Shown: piece after piece, positions 37,582 to 47,027 of the stretch
Position numbering within the stretch: the stretch's first letter is position 1
How the letters are laid out: every line of letters begins with the position of its first letter
NCBI GenBank assembly: GCA_013286945.1
Contig: JABDET010000002.1
Span: 1 to 61,712 of the forward strand
Length of the DNA stretch: 61,712 bases
Source of the DNA: Candidatus Melainabacteria bacterium
Lineage (GTDB): Bacteria; Vulcanimicrobiota; JABDET01
Reading direction: 5' to 3'
Notes under the pieces: generated by a model
What the model was told of the DNA's origin: nothing
Database searches by the model: none
What the model saw: only the letters and a program-made list of their open reading frames with translations
Translations under genes and position numbers: made by a program

Positions 37582-38454
37582 GTGCACATTCGATTAGCCC
37601 ACAGCCCTGATGCTGATGATGCTTTCATGTTTTATGCGCTTGCTAAGAACAAAATTTCTTCGCGAGGGCATACATTCGAACACGTTCTGTCGGACATCGA
37701 AACGCTCAATCAGGAGGCCTTTCTGGAAAAGTTTGAGGTGACTGCCCTTTCCCTTCATGCTTTTGCCCATGTTTCCGACAAGTACTGGCTGTTACCCAAC
37801 GGAGCAAGCATCGGTAAGGGATACGGGCCAATCGTGGTGGCTCGGGAACCGATGCCTCTTTCCAGGTTGTCCGAAATTGTTGTGGCCATTCCAGGCCAAT
37901 ACACTACCGCTGCATTGATGATGGGTCTTGTCCTTGGGGAAAAATTTCAGTCCAAAGTAATCCCCTTTGACCAGATTATTCCTGCGGTTCTTCGTGGAGA
38001 AGTAGAAGCTGGGGTTATCATTCACGAGGGGCAGCTGACTTATTCTGACACGAAGCTAGCCAAAATTTTGGATCTTGGCCAATGGTGGGAAAAGAAAACA
38101 GGGTTACCTCTTCCTTTAGGCGTGGATGCGGTGCGAAAAAATGTTGGCCTCGACACGGCGCGAGAAATTGCGATAATTCTCGAAGAAAGCATTCGTTACG
38201 CCATCGAACACGAAGATGAAGCACTTGATTATGCGTTAGATTTCTCGCGAGGAACAAACCGCGAGACCGCGCGAAAATTCGTGCGCATGTATGTGAATGA
38301 ACGAACGTTGCGTTATTCGGAGGAAGACAAGAAAGCGGTCCAAATGGTTCTCTCAGAGGGATACAAAGCGGGCCTACTCCCTTTTCTTCCTCAAGTCTCG
38401 TTCGATCTAGTCGATGTAGGTTCCAATCGGCTGTCGAATTCCGATGTAGGTTGA
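37582..38454 (+). CDS. MqnA/MqnD-family menaquinone (futalosine pathway) biosynthesis protein
   Basis: IRLAHSPDADDAFMFYAL...DIETLN...GASIGKGYGPIVVA resembles MqnD (1,4-dihydroxy-6-naphthoate synthase). GTG 37582 follows a GGGGGG tract. Start is uncertain. Confidence 0.65.
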   Translation: MHIRLAHSPDADDAFMFYALAKNKISSRGHTFEHVLSDIETLNQEAFLEKFEVTALSLHAFAHVSDKYWLLPNGASIGKGYGPIVVAREPMPLSRLSEIVVAIPGQYTTAALMMGLVLGEKFQSKVIPFDQIIPAVLRGEVEAGVIIHEGQLTYSDTKLAKILDLGQWWEKKTGLPLPLGVDAVRKNVGLDTAREIAIILEESIRYAIEHEDEALDYALDFSRGTNRETARKFVRMYVNERTLRYSEEDKKAVQMVLSEGYKAGLLPFLPQVSFDLVDVGSNRLSNSDVG

Positions 38455-39723
38455 AAACCCCTTAACTTTCGCAAGAAAATCTTTCTTGAGTCGAGTCCCA
38501 CGCGGGATAATTACAAAGCCTCGCTCTGTTAGAACATCCTGAGAGATGACCATGCCATCCTGGAGTTCATCCAAAGAGACAAACTTTTCTTTTCTTTCCG
38601 CCACTTCGTGTTGCAAAAATTCGATAAAGTGTGGAATGAGTTGTGGGTCAAATTGAATTTCCGAATTTTCTTTGAGGAACTTAATTCCTTTTTCTTGGCT
38701 TGATTCTTTGCTGCTTTTAGTGCGATTGGCTTCCAGCAAAAACTCATCGTAGCCATCGGGGATCGCGATGATGCGAGCAGCTAGAGGAATGGCGTCTCCC
38801 TTGAGACCATCCGGGAACCCTGCTCCATTCCACCACTCATGATGGTGTCGAACGCCGGGTGCGACATCCATGAGGCGTTCGGAAACCAGAAGAACGGCTT
38901 CGCTAAGCAAGGGGTGCTGGCGATAGTAGTTTTCAGCGGCTTCCGTGGTGGCCCCCGCTCCTTTGACCACCCAATCCGGCAATCCCATTTTCCCCAGATC
39001 ATGCAGATGGGCAGTTTGAACGGCTTTCATGGTTTCTTCTTGTGATAGGCCAAGTTTTTGGCAGATAAACTCGGTGGCTTGGGCAACAAACAAGGCATGC
39101 CTTCCGGTGTCGGGATCTTTCAGTTCGCCCAAAGTTCCAAGGATACGAAGGATTTCGAGGTTGGTTTTTTTGAGCTCGTTTTGATAGTTCTCCAATGATT
39201 TGTTCTTGTCCATCAGAACAAGAACAAGCTGGTGTTTTTCTTGTTCGAGTCGATAGCGTTCCAGTGCTTGCTTAACCTCGATCTTCAAGTAACTGGGATC
39301 TGCCGGCTTTGTAATATAGCGATGAACTTCCCCTTTATTAATCGCCTCCATTAAATCCCGAGTTTCGGTGTATCCCGTTAGGACGATCTTCATGACTTTC
39401 GGATAAATCTTGTTAATTTCTTCAAGAAACTGGGTTCCGCTCATCTTGGGCATTCTTTGATCCGTGAGGACAAGATCAACGTGTGGTTTCTTTGTTCGGA
39501 CATGCTCAAGAGCATCGACCGCACTGGTGAAGGGGAGCACCTCATAGTCGTTCTTGAAGGTTTCTACGAGGGCATCCAAGTTCAGTTGCTCGTCCTCTAA
39601 AATCAGAAGGGAATATCTTTTTTTGGGAAGAAGCCCTTTTTCGTCATCGGGGGAAGTCCCTTTTGGTTTCAGCTCTTCCAGTCGTTTGCGGAGTTTTTCT
39701 CTCGCTTGCTCAAGAGATTCCAT
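38407..39723 (-). CDS. response regulator with HD-GYP c-di-GMP phosphodiesterase domain (RpfG-type) plus C-terminal extra domain
   Basis: REC domain: LLILEDE...VLTDQRMPKMSG...KIVLTGY. HD-GYP domain: HLHDLGK...HHHEWWNGAGFPDGLKGDAIPLAARIIAI. Confidence 0.85.
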   Translation of the reverse strand: MESLEQAREKLRKRLEELKPKGTSPDDEKGLLPKKRYSLLILEDEQLNLDALVETFKNDYEVLPFTSAVDALEHVRTKKPHVDLVLTDQRMPKMSGTQFLEEINKIYPKVMKIVLTGYTETRDLMEAINKGEVHRYITKPADPSYLKIEVKQALERYRLEQEKHQLVLVLMDKNKSLENYQNELKKTNLEILRILGTLGELKDPDTGRHALFVAQATEFICQKLGLSQEETMKAVQTAHLHDLGKMGLPDWVVKGAGATTEAAENYYRQHPLLSEAVLLVSERLMDVAPGVRHHHEWWNGAGFPDGLKGDAIPLAARIIAIPDGYDEFLLEANRTKSSKESSQEKGIKFLKENSEIQFDPQLIPHFIEFLQHEVAERKEKFVSLDELQDGMVISQDVLTERGFVIIPRGTRLKKDFLAKVKGFSTYIGIRQPIGTYID

Positions 39724-41144
39724 TACCGAGCGTCCCTCCCTATTTTTTCTTTGGTCATTCCCGGAATTCCGGGTTCTGTCATGGCGAGAAGATTCAAGAT
39801 CTCGTCAAGTTTTTCTTTGGGGAGAAGTTTCTTTTCGATCACCAAATCTCGAATTCGCTTTCCAGTTTTTAGTGATTCTTTGGCAATCTCGGCGGCTTTC
39901 AAGTATCCGATGTAAGGGTTCAACGCTGTCACAATGGACAGAGAGCGTTCTGCATAGTCCTCGCAACGCGCTTTGTTGGCTTCTATTCCGGCAACGCATT
40001 TCTCTGCAAAAACATGGAGGGCATTCCCCAAAACGTAAACCGTAGAAGGGAGTAGATAGCCCACCAAAGGCATCATCACGTTCAATTCAAGTTGGCCGGC
40101 CTGGGAAGCCATGGCAATCGATGTATCGTTCCCAACAACATAAAAGCAAACCATGTTGAGCATTTCAGCCATGACCGGGTTAACCTTTCCAGGCATGATC
40201 GAGCTTCCTGGTTGAAGGTCTGGAAGGTGAATTTCATGCAGGCCGGTATTGGGGCCGGAAGACAATAAGCGCAGATCATTGGCAATGCGAATGAGGTCAA
40301 GCGCAAGGTTGCGAATCGCCCCTGAAACGGCCACAAAGGGGGCCATGGATTGCATGGCTTCAAAGAAATTGCTGGCTGGACGAAGAGAGAAGCCCGTTTG
40401 TTTCGTGAGCTCTTGAGCAATTTTTTCGCGATAAGCGGGGTGAGCATTCAAACCGGTTCCGACGGCGGTTCCACCTAGACCGATTTCGTGGAGATCCTCG
40501 TTGGCTCTCAAAAGGCGGTTTCGATGTTTTTCGATACAGGTCGCGTATCCCGAGAATTCCTGACCAAGGCGCAGCGGGGTTGCATCTTGTAGATGGGTTC
40601 GCCCTGATTTTACGATCGAATCAAATTCTTTACTTTTTTGACCCAAAGCTTTTTCGAGTTTTTCAAGTTTATGGATGAAGTCGCGGAGCTCGAAGAGAAC
40701 GGCAATCCGGATCGCCGTTGGAATGACATCGTTTGTGCTTTGTCCCATGTTCACGTGATCGTTTGGGCTGATGTACTCGTATTCTCCCTTATTTCGCTTC
40801 AAGAGCTCCAACGCTCGATTGGAAAGAACTTCATTGGTGTTCATGTTGTGACTGGTTCCTGCTCCCGCCTGGAAAACGTCGACAACAAATTGATCCCAAA
40901 GTTTTCCTCCCAGAATTTCATCGGCGGCTTGAACAATGGCATCTGCTTTTTCCGCTGGCAGGAGGTGGAGTTCCTTATGAACAATGGCGGCAGCCCGCTT
41001 GATGTGGACCGTGGCTTTAATGAAGGTGGCATGAGCCCGCCCAGAGCTGATCGGAAAGTTTTCTACGGCTCTAGCGGTCTGGACCCCGTAATAGGCGTGA
41101 TCTTCTAACTCTTTGACTCCGAAGGAATCCTTTTCTTTCCTCAT
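39723..41144 (-). CDS. aspA: aspartate ammonia-lyase
   Basis: KDSFGVKELEDHAYYGVQTARAVENFPIS and GSSIMPGKVNPVMAE. The N-terminal pattern favours AspA over FumC. Confidence 0.8.
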   Translation of the reverse strand: MRKEKDSFGVKELEDHAYYGVQTARAVENFPISSGRAHATFIKATVHIKRAAAIVHKELHLLPAEKADAIVQAADEILGGKLWDQFVVDVFQAGAGTSHNMNTNEVLSNRALELLKRNKGEYEYISPNDHVNMGQSTNDVIPTAIRIAVLFELRDFIHKLEKLEKALGQKSKEFDSIVKSGRTHLQDATPLRLGQEFSGYATCIEKHRNRLLRANEDLHEIGLGGTAVGTGLNAHPAYREKIAQELTKQTGFSLRPASNFFEAMQSMAPFVAVSGAIRNLALDLIRIANDLRLLSSGPNTGLHEIHLPDLQPGSSIMPGKVNPVMAEMLNMVCFYVVGNDTSIAMASQAGQLELNVMMPLVGYLLPSTVYVLGNALHVFAEKCVAGIEANKARCEDYAERSLSIVTALNPYIGYLKAAEIAKESLKTGKRIRDLVIEKKLLPKEKLDEILNLLAMTEPGIPGMTKEKIGRDAR

Positions 41145-41182
41145 GACGTAAACATTTCACTTCTCTATCGAGAAACCTTTTG

Positions 41183-41578
41183 TTATTGTGGACGAAAACG
41201 ACGCACTCCATCCACACGTCGTTCTCGATTTGAAAGTTCTTTTAAGAAGTTTAGGAAAGGCGAGGAATTCTGGCTTCCTGGACCAACAAATCTTACGCCA
41301 TGAGTGAAAGTTCCATCGGTGTTTCTTTTCGTCCAAACCAGCTTCAGCCCAAACTGGAACCGAGAGCGAGGAGCTTGCAGTCGTAGTACATAGAGGGCCT
41401 CGCGATGCAGGGAAGATTCAGAACAAATTCTGGCCCCTTCTTTTGAAATGTCTTCAAGGATGATTAGGAGAGACTCTTTGGATTCTGTAAGCAATGTGCA
41501 GGCAAATTGACGATAAAACCGGGGTGATGATCGCCGGTCGCGACTCAGCTTACTCAATAAGCGATTCAGCAAGTTCAA
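41183..41578 (-). CDS. stand-alone PilZ-domain protein
   Basis: RRSSPR (RxxxR) and EDISKEGARI (DxSxxG). TTG start with GAGGTGA SD. Confidence 0.75.
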   Translation of the reverse strand: MNLLNRLLSKLSRDRRSSPRFYRQFACTLLTESKESLLIILEDISKEGARICSESSLHREALYVLRLQAPRSRFQFGLKLVWTKRNTDGTFTHGVRFVGPGSQNSSPFLNFLKELSNRERRVDGVRRFRPQ

Positions 41579-41596
41579 GATTAAGTCACCTCATAT

Positions 41597-42697
41597 TCAT
41601 ATGGTGATGTGTTCTTGTAGGTAGAAAAAGACGAGCCGAATTACAGCAGCCATTGGGATGCTTAAGACTAAGCCCCAAATTCCAAAGAGCTCTCCGCCAG
41701 AGAACATCACAAACAAGATCATGAGTGGCGAAATGCCAATGCTTCTCCCCATAACAACCGGGAGAAAAATGTTATCAGCGACAAGCCCCCAAGCGGTCAC
41801 GGCAAACAAAACCCAAAAGGTGGCATACCCGCTTCCGGTTTGGGCATACGCTAAGATTGGAGCCACCAGACGAGGGGCCCAAACACCAATGAAAGGAATC
41901 GGGTAAAGGAATCCGGCGGCAAGAGCGGTGAGGAGGCTATAATCATAATGAACACCAACAAGATTAATCAGGAGAAGAGCGCAATAAGTTCCAGTCGCCA
42001 CCAGAAAGCCCAAGATGAGCTGCCCTCGAATAAATACGCCAACCACTTGCCCTACATTGTGAAAGAGTTGTTCTGTATCCTGTCTCCATGCTTTTGGAAA
42101 CATCTCAAAAAAGTTTTTCTTGATGTTCTTCTCATCCAAGATGATGTAAAGAGAAAAAATAAGAGCAGCCAAAACAATCAAAAGCGCGGTAAAAACTTTG
42201 AGGACGCCGGAAGCGAGATTAGCCGCGAGAACCGAAATGACTGGACTTGCCTTATCCAGGAGAAACTGTCCATACTTTTTCAAGTTTTGTTCCATGGATG
42301 GAGAAACTTTAAGGTCATTGTACCACGTTTGAAGCCTGGCCAGGTGATCCTCGACCGTTCGGAGATAGGTCGGCATCGAAGACGCCAGCGAACTTGATTG
42401 TGAAATGACAAGTGGAATGAGCGTTATCGTGAGCAAGATCAATAGCCCAAGAATCACCGAGTAAACCATGAAGGTGGCGACCGTCCAAGGGATTCTTCGT
42501 TTCGTCCCTGGCAACTTAATTTTTGAGAGCCCTTGCACGACCGGGGAAACCAGATAAGCAAAGAGGGCGGCCAAAGAGAAGATAAGCACTGTTGTAATAA
42601 TGTGTGCCACAACCCAAAAGAGCGAAACAATAATGAGGACCCAGATGATGAGTTTGACAGGATTCTTTGAGAGCTGGATGACGTCAGCGGTTTTCAA
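41597..42697 (-). CDS. AI-2E family transporter (PerM/UPF0118)
   Basis: Polytopic protein, with C-terminal GISPLMILFVMFSGGELFGIWGLVLSIPMAAV typical of the family. Confidence 0.85.
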   Translation of the reverse strand: MKTADVIQLSKNPVKLIIWVLIIVSLFWVVAHIITTVLIFSLAALFAYLVSPVVQGLSKIKLPGTKRRIPWTVATFMVYSVILGLLILLTITLIPLVISQSSSLASSMPTYLRTVEDHLARLQTWYNDLKVSPSMEQNLKKYGQFLLDKASPVISVLAANLASGVLKVFTALLIVLAALIFSLYIILDEKNIKKNFFEMFPKAWRQDTEQLFHNVGQVVGVFIRGQLILGFLVATGTYCALLLINLVGVHYDYSLLTALAAGFLYPIPFIGVWAPRLVAPILAYAQTGSGYATFWVLFAVTAWGLVADNIFLPVVMGRSIGISPLMILFVMFSGGELFGIWGLVLSIPMAAVIRLVFFYLQEHITI

Positions 42698-43557
42698 GCA
42701 TCGACCTCCGCATCGCCGATGATGAGGTACGAAATGTTGTTTCCTGGATCAGGAAAGGTTCGAAGTTGGAGTGAGAATTTGTCCGCTTCTCGAACGCTTC
42801 CCACGCTGATAATCCGCTGGCTCTTGCTTACAAGCGCTGCCATGTGATTCTTCCAATCGCGGGGAGAATGACCAGCAGGAAAGATCTTTGGCTTAGGAAT
42901 GGTGATTGTTCTCCCTTGCTTTAACCACTTTTTCCATTGTTTCTTTCGAAATTCTGTCCGTTCTTGGAATCCCCTTGTGTTGACAAGAGGACTTACGCTG
43001 AAGAGAAAAACCTTTGAAATTTCTTGTTGCTTCAGCCAATCGAGATAGGGAGTCAGTTCTTTTGCACGTTGAAAAGCAGCGATGACCTGTGGTGCGATGA
43101 GTTGGAGTTTGGCCAGTTTAAAGGCGAAAGCAGCGTCTCCCTTCACAAATCCCGTCGTGTTAACGAGAATGGCAGAAGCGCCAAGTTGTGTTGCTTTTTC
43201 CACGAGTTGCTTTGTTCCCACGAGGCAGGGAAGAAAATGCCCAGTCGGATTCGGGGAACCGACAAATTTTAGCTCTTCTGGGACCAGTTCATCCAAGGAG
43301 CGAAACGGGGCAACGGGAAAGGAAAGTCCGAGCGTTCCAGGCGGACCAATGTGGGATTGTCCAATGTCTGCATCCACAATCGCAAACTTGATTTTCTCTT
43401 CAACAAATCGGTGAGCAATCCAAGTCACAAAACTTGATTTCCCGGAGTCACCTTCACCGAGAGTAAAGAGTATGCCTCGACGCTTCCTGAATTTCTCATA
43501 AAACGCTTTCCAAGAAGGAAGAGGAACGAGTCCCTGCGAGTTAGGAGACATTGTCAT
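42694..43557 (-). CDS. Clp1/Grc3-type P-loop polynucleotide 5'-hydroxyl kinase homolog
   Basis: GEGDSGKSSF (P-loop), IVDADIGQSHIGPPGTLGL, KFVGSPNPTGHFL and ILVNTTGFVKGDAAFAFKLAKLQLIAPQVIAAFQRAKEL match the CLP1_P pattern as I recall it. ATG 43557 lies just after the pheT stop. Confidence 0.65.
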   Translation of the reverse strand: MTMSPNSQGLVPLPSWKAFYEKFRKRRGILFTLGEGDSGKSSFVTWIAHRFVEEKIKFAIVDADIGQSHIGPPGTLGLSFPVAPFRSLDELVPEELKFVGSPNPTGHFLPCLVGTKQLVEKATQLGASAILVNTTGFVKGDAAFAFKLAKLQLIAPQVIAAFQRAKELTPYLDWLKQQEISKVFLFSVSPLVNTRGFQERTEFRKKQWKKWLKQGRTITIPKPKIFPAGHSPRDWKNHMAALVSKSQRIISVGSVREADKFSLQLRTFPDPGNNISYLIIGDAEVDA

Positions 43558-43561
43558 GGAC

Positions 43562-45937
43562 CTAAGCGATGCGCAGTGTGGCGTCAAAAGCGGAGGCAAG
43601 TTCTTTTTGAATGCGTTCGTGAACTTGGGTTACTTCTTCGTCGGTCAAGGTTTTTTCTAAAGAACGGTAGGTGATGGCAAAGGCAAGTGATTTCTTGTTG
43701 GCCGGCACCTGGGGCCCTTGGTACACGTCAAAAATCTTGATCCCTTCCACGAGAGTTCCACCATGACTTCGGATGAACTCAATGATTTCCCCTGCGGGGA
43801 CTCTCTCTTCCACAATCATCGAGATGTCGCGTCTTGACTCAGGGTAAAGTGGGATGGGCTTCATCTTGAACCGACCCGCGAGAGACTGCAATTGGTCTAC
43901 CGAAAGCTCAAGGGCCATCACGCGTTGGTCAATGTCAAGTGAGCGAAGAAGGTTCGGATGCAATTCGCCAAGGATTCCTAGCCCATGACCTTTGTGGCGA
44001 ATCGATGCACATCGAAATGGATGGAACTGGTCCTTGGTTTCTTCATGAAGGGTAAAGGGGGTTTCAATATGAAGCGCTTGCCACAGGCGTTCCAAGACTC
44101 CTTTCAGGGTGTAAAAATTTGAAGAGGTTCCCCAGGGAAAGTCTCCCGTCAGAAGCACGGCCAAACTTCGCTTTTCCTGTGGGCCAGCTAACTTCTCAAA
44201 CGTTTTGCCAATTTCAAAGAAATGAAGATGCGTGTTTTTTAAGTGAAGATTTCTTCGAAGATTCATCAGCATTTCGGGGTAAAGCAAAGGCCGAAGTGCT
44301 TTCCGGTCTTCGGTGAGCGGATTTTGAATAAGCACTAAGGGGCGAGAATAGAATTTTTCGAAATAGGGAGGATCTCCGAGTGAATAACTGAGCATTTCGA
44401 GAAGGCCCACAGAAGAGAGGAACGTCCGCAAGGTTTCTTCAAACGTTTCTTCCGCATCAACCGTGGCAGGGAGAAGCATTCCAGCTGGAAGTGTCGCAGG
44501 GATGTGACTATAGCCATAATGACGAGCCACTTCTTCGATAACATCCACGTCTTCATGAATGTCGCAGCGAAAAAGAGGGGGGCCAACAAAGAGTGGGTCC
44601 TCAGTGCGCACTTCAAAACCAAGACCCTTCAGAATGTTGACGACCTGAGAGAGTTCTAAATCCGCGACCCCAAGGAGCTTTTTCATCTTCTGCAAATTCA
44701 AGCCGATTTCTTGAGGCTTTGGAATAGCAGGCTGAGTGTCGATGGCGCCATCTGCAATTTGACAACCGAATTGCTGAAGGAGGAAAGAGGCCCTTCGACT
44801 CCCCCAATCGGCCCCAATCGGGTCAAGTCCCTTTTCAAATCGGCGAGAACTTTCTGTTCGAATACCAAGCTTTAAAGAAGAGCGGCGTACCAAGCCGGCG
44901 TTGAAGTTGGCGGCTTCGAGGAGAACCTCTGTCGTTGTTTCCGAAATCTCAGTTCGCTTCCCACCCATAATACCGCCAAGGGCTACCGGGCCCGTTTCAT
45001 CCGCGATTACCAAGATGTTCTGGAGCGAATCGTATGTTTTCTCGTCGAGTCCCACCATTTTTTCGTTCGGTTTTGCCTGTCTAACCACAATGCGTTTCCC
45101 TTGGATGCGCGAGCAATCAAACGCATGCAAAGGCTGACCCAATTCCAGTAAGACATAGTTCGTGACATCCACCACGTTGTTGATGGGGCGAATTCCGGCC
45201 GCATTAAGTCGAACGGCCATCCACAACGGTGAAGCGTTCACTTTGACCTGGCTTGCATATCGCGCAATGTATCGAGGAGATTCTTGAGAGCTTTCTACGG
45301 TCACCTGAATTTTGCCGTCAAGGGTTCCTGGCGTCGCGGCATAAAGATCAGGATTTTTCAAGGGGAGATGATAAATGGCTGCTGCCTCACGAGCTACACC
45401 GTAGATGCTGAGATAATCTGGGCGATTTGCAAAAGGCTCAAGCACAAGAATGGCTTCCCGAAGACCGAGCATTGGAGCCAAGTCGATTCCAATGGGGGTG
45501 TCAGAATCAAGAATCAAAACCCCTTCACGTTGAGTTGGGGGGAGATATTCCTTGAAGTCTAAAGCAAGCTCATCGGCTGAACACATCATCCCGAGAGAAG
45601 GGAGGCCACGCAGTTTGGTTTCTTGTATGATTTTTCCACCAGCCAGTGTTGCTCCAACCCTTGCTACCGGAATGATATCGGAAGCGGCAACGTTGGAAGC
45701 ACCGGTAACGATTTGAAGTTTTTCTTTTCCAAGATCAACCAGGGCCACTCGCAGTCGGTCTGCATTAGGATGCGGCGTTAGGGTTTCGATTCGCCCAGAA
45801 AACACTTGGGTTATCCCGGCGCTTAAATACTCCACATGAGTAACGGGGACCCCAACTTGGCGGAGCTTTTCCGCCGCCACTTCGGGTGAGTCCGGAATCT
45901 TGATGAAATCGTTAAGCCATGAGAATGGGACTCGCAT
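43562..45937 (-). CDS. pheT: phenylalanine--tRNA ligase beta subunit
   Basis: MRVPFSWLNDFI N-terminus, with tRNA-binding, B3/4, B5 and FDX-ACB domains in order. Confidence 0.95.
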   Translation of the reverse strand: MRVPFSWLNDFIKIPDSPEVAAEKLRQVGVPVTHVEYLSAGITQVFSGRIETLTPHPNADRLRVALVDLGKEKLQIVTGASNVAASDIIPVARVGATLAGGKIIQETKLRGLPSLGMMCSADELALDFKEYLPPTQREGVLILDSDTPIGIDLAPMLGLREAILVLEPFANRPDYLSIYGVAREAAAIYHLPLKNPDLYAATPGTLDGKIQVTVESSQESPRYIARYASQVKVNASPLWMAVRLNAAGIRPINNVVDVTNYVLLELGQPLHAFDCSRIQGKRIVVRQAKPNEKMVGLDEKTYDSLQNILVIADETGPVALGGIMGGKRTEISETTTEVLLEAANFNAGLVRRSSLKLGIRTESSRRFEKGLDPIGADWGSRRASFLLQQFGCQIADGAIDTQPAIPKPQEIGLNLQKMKKLLGVADLELSQVVNILKGLGFEVRTEDPLFVGPPLFRCDIHEDVDVIEEVARHYGYSHIPATLPAGMLLPATVDAEETFEETLRTFLSSVGLLEMLSYSLGDPPYFEKFYSRPLVLIQNPLTEDRKALRPLLYPEMLMNLRRNLHLKNTHLHFFEIGKTFEKLAGPQEKRSLAVLLTGDFPWGTSSNFYTLKGVLERLWQALHIETPFTLHEETKDQFHPFRCASIRHKGHGLGILGELHPNLLRSLDIDQRVMALELSVDQLQSLAGRFKMKPIPLYPESRRDISMIVEERVPAGEIIEFIRSHGGTLVEGIKIFDVYQGPQVPANKKSLAFAITYRSLEKTLTDEEVTQVHERIQKELASAFDATLRIA

Positions 45938-45938
45938 A

Positions 45939-46976
45939 TTAAAATTGCCTCAGGAATCGTTCATCGTTTTCATAAAAAAGTCGAATGTCATTGATGCCAT
46001 ATTTTAGAAGGGCAATTCTTTCGATGCCAACGCCAAAGGCAAAACCGGAGTAATGAGCCGGATAGTCCACCACCCGAAGAACAAAGGGATGAATCATTCC
46101 GGCGCCAAGAACTTCGATCCATTTTTCTCCCCCGCAAAGGCTGCACTTTCCGGTCGATGATTGAGCGCAATTAAAACAATCAATATACACTTCGACACTT
46201 GGTTCGGTAAACGGGAAGTAGCTTGGAACAAACTTTACTTGACGATCTTGGCCGAACACCAAACGTGCGAAGGTCGACAAAACCCCTTTCAAGTCCGCAA
46301 AGCTCACTTCTTCATCCACCATAAAGCCTTCGACTTGATGAAACTGAAAGCAATGGGTGGCATCCACCGCGTCTCGGCGGTAACATTTTCCGGCAGAAAT
46401 TACGCGTAGAGGGGGTTTTCGTTTTTCCATCACGCGAATTTGAACCGGGGAAGTGTGTGTGCGTAATAAGGTTTTCTCATCCAGGTAAAGGGAATCCCAC
46501 ATTTCCCGTGCTGGGTGATCTGGGGGGATGTTCAAGGCTTCGAAATTGTAATAGTCCGTTTCAATTTCGGGCCCTCTGGCCACCTCAAATCCCATCCCTC
46601 GAAAAATGTCTTTGACTTCGCGAAGCACTTCTGAAATGGGATGAAGTCGACCTGATGGAAGGGACTCCCCTGGAAGTGAATAATCAATCCGTTCATTTTG
46701 GAGTCGAATTTCCAGCGAAGATTGGCTTAATTTTTGAAGTCGGTCGTCAAGAACCTGCTCGATTTGAAGTTTGATCTCGTTGGCCTTTTTCCCGACAGCA
46801 GGTCTCTTGTCTTGGGGAATGGATCCAAGATTTCGAAGGAGCGCCGTCAACTCTCCCTTTTTCCCGAGGATTTGGTGGCGAACTTCTTCTAATTCTTTCT
46901 CATCTTGGGCCTTGGTGATCTTTGATTTGGCTTCATCTAGCAAGGAATCCAGCTTATCAAGAACCGCTTCTGACAT
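45939..46976 (-). CDS. pheS: phenylalanine--tRNA ligase alpha subunit
   Basis: HPISEV..., LLRTHTSPVQIR, FRPSYFPFTEPS-like FVPSYFPFTEPSVEV, GFAFGVGIERIA. Confidence 0.96.
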   Translation of the reverse strand: MSEAVLDKLDSLLDEAKSKITKAQDEKELEEVRHQILGKKGELTALLRNLGSIPQDKRPAVGKKANEIKLQIEQVLDDRLQKLSQSSLEIRLQNERIDYSLPGESLPSGRLHPISEVLREVKDIFRGMGFEVARGPEIETDYYNFEALNIPPDHPAREMWDSLYLDEKTLLRTHTSPVQIRVMEKRKPPLRVISAGKCYRRDAVDATHCFQFHQVEGFMVDEEVSFADLKGVLSTFARLVFGQDRQVKFVPSYFPFTEPSVEVYIDCFNCAQSSTGKCSLCGGEKWIEVLGAGMIHPFVLRVVDYPAHYSGFAFGVGIERIALLKYGINDIRLFYENDERFLRQF

Positions 46977-46994
46977 GGCTCACCCTTTCCGCAC

Positions 46995-47027
46995 AAAAAA
47001 TGGAAAACCCTCCCGTTAGGGAGAGTT
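46995..47027 (-). terminator. terminator/attenuator-like hairpin abutting the pheS SD
   Basis: Minus-strand RNA AACUCUCCC-UAAC-GGGAGGGUU (9 bp, one G-U), then UUCCAUUUUUUG. The U-run ends 4 nt before the SD GGAAAGGGUGAG. Confidence 0.55.
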
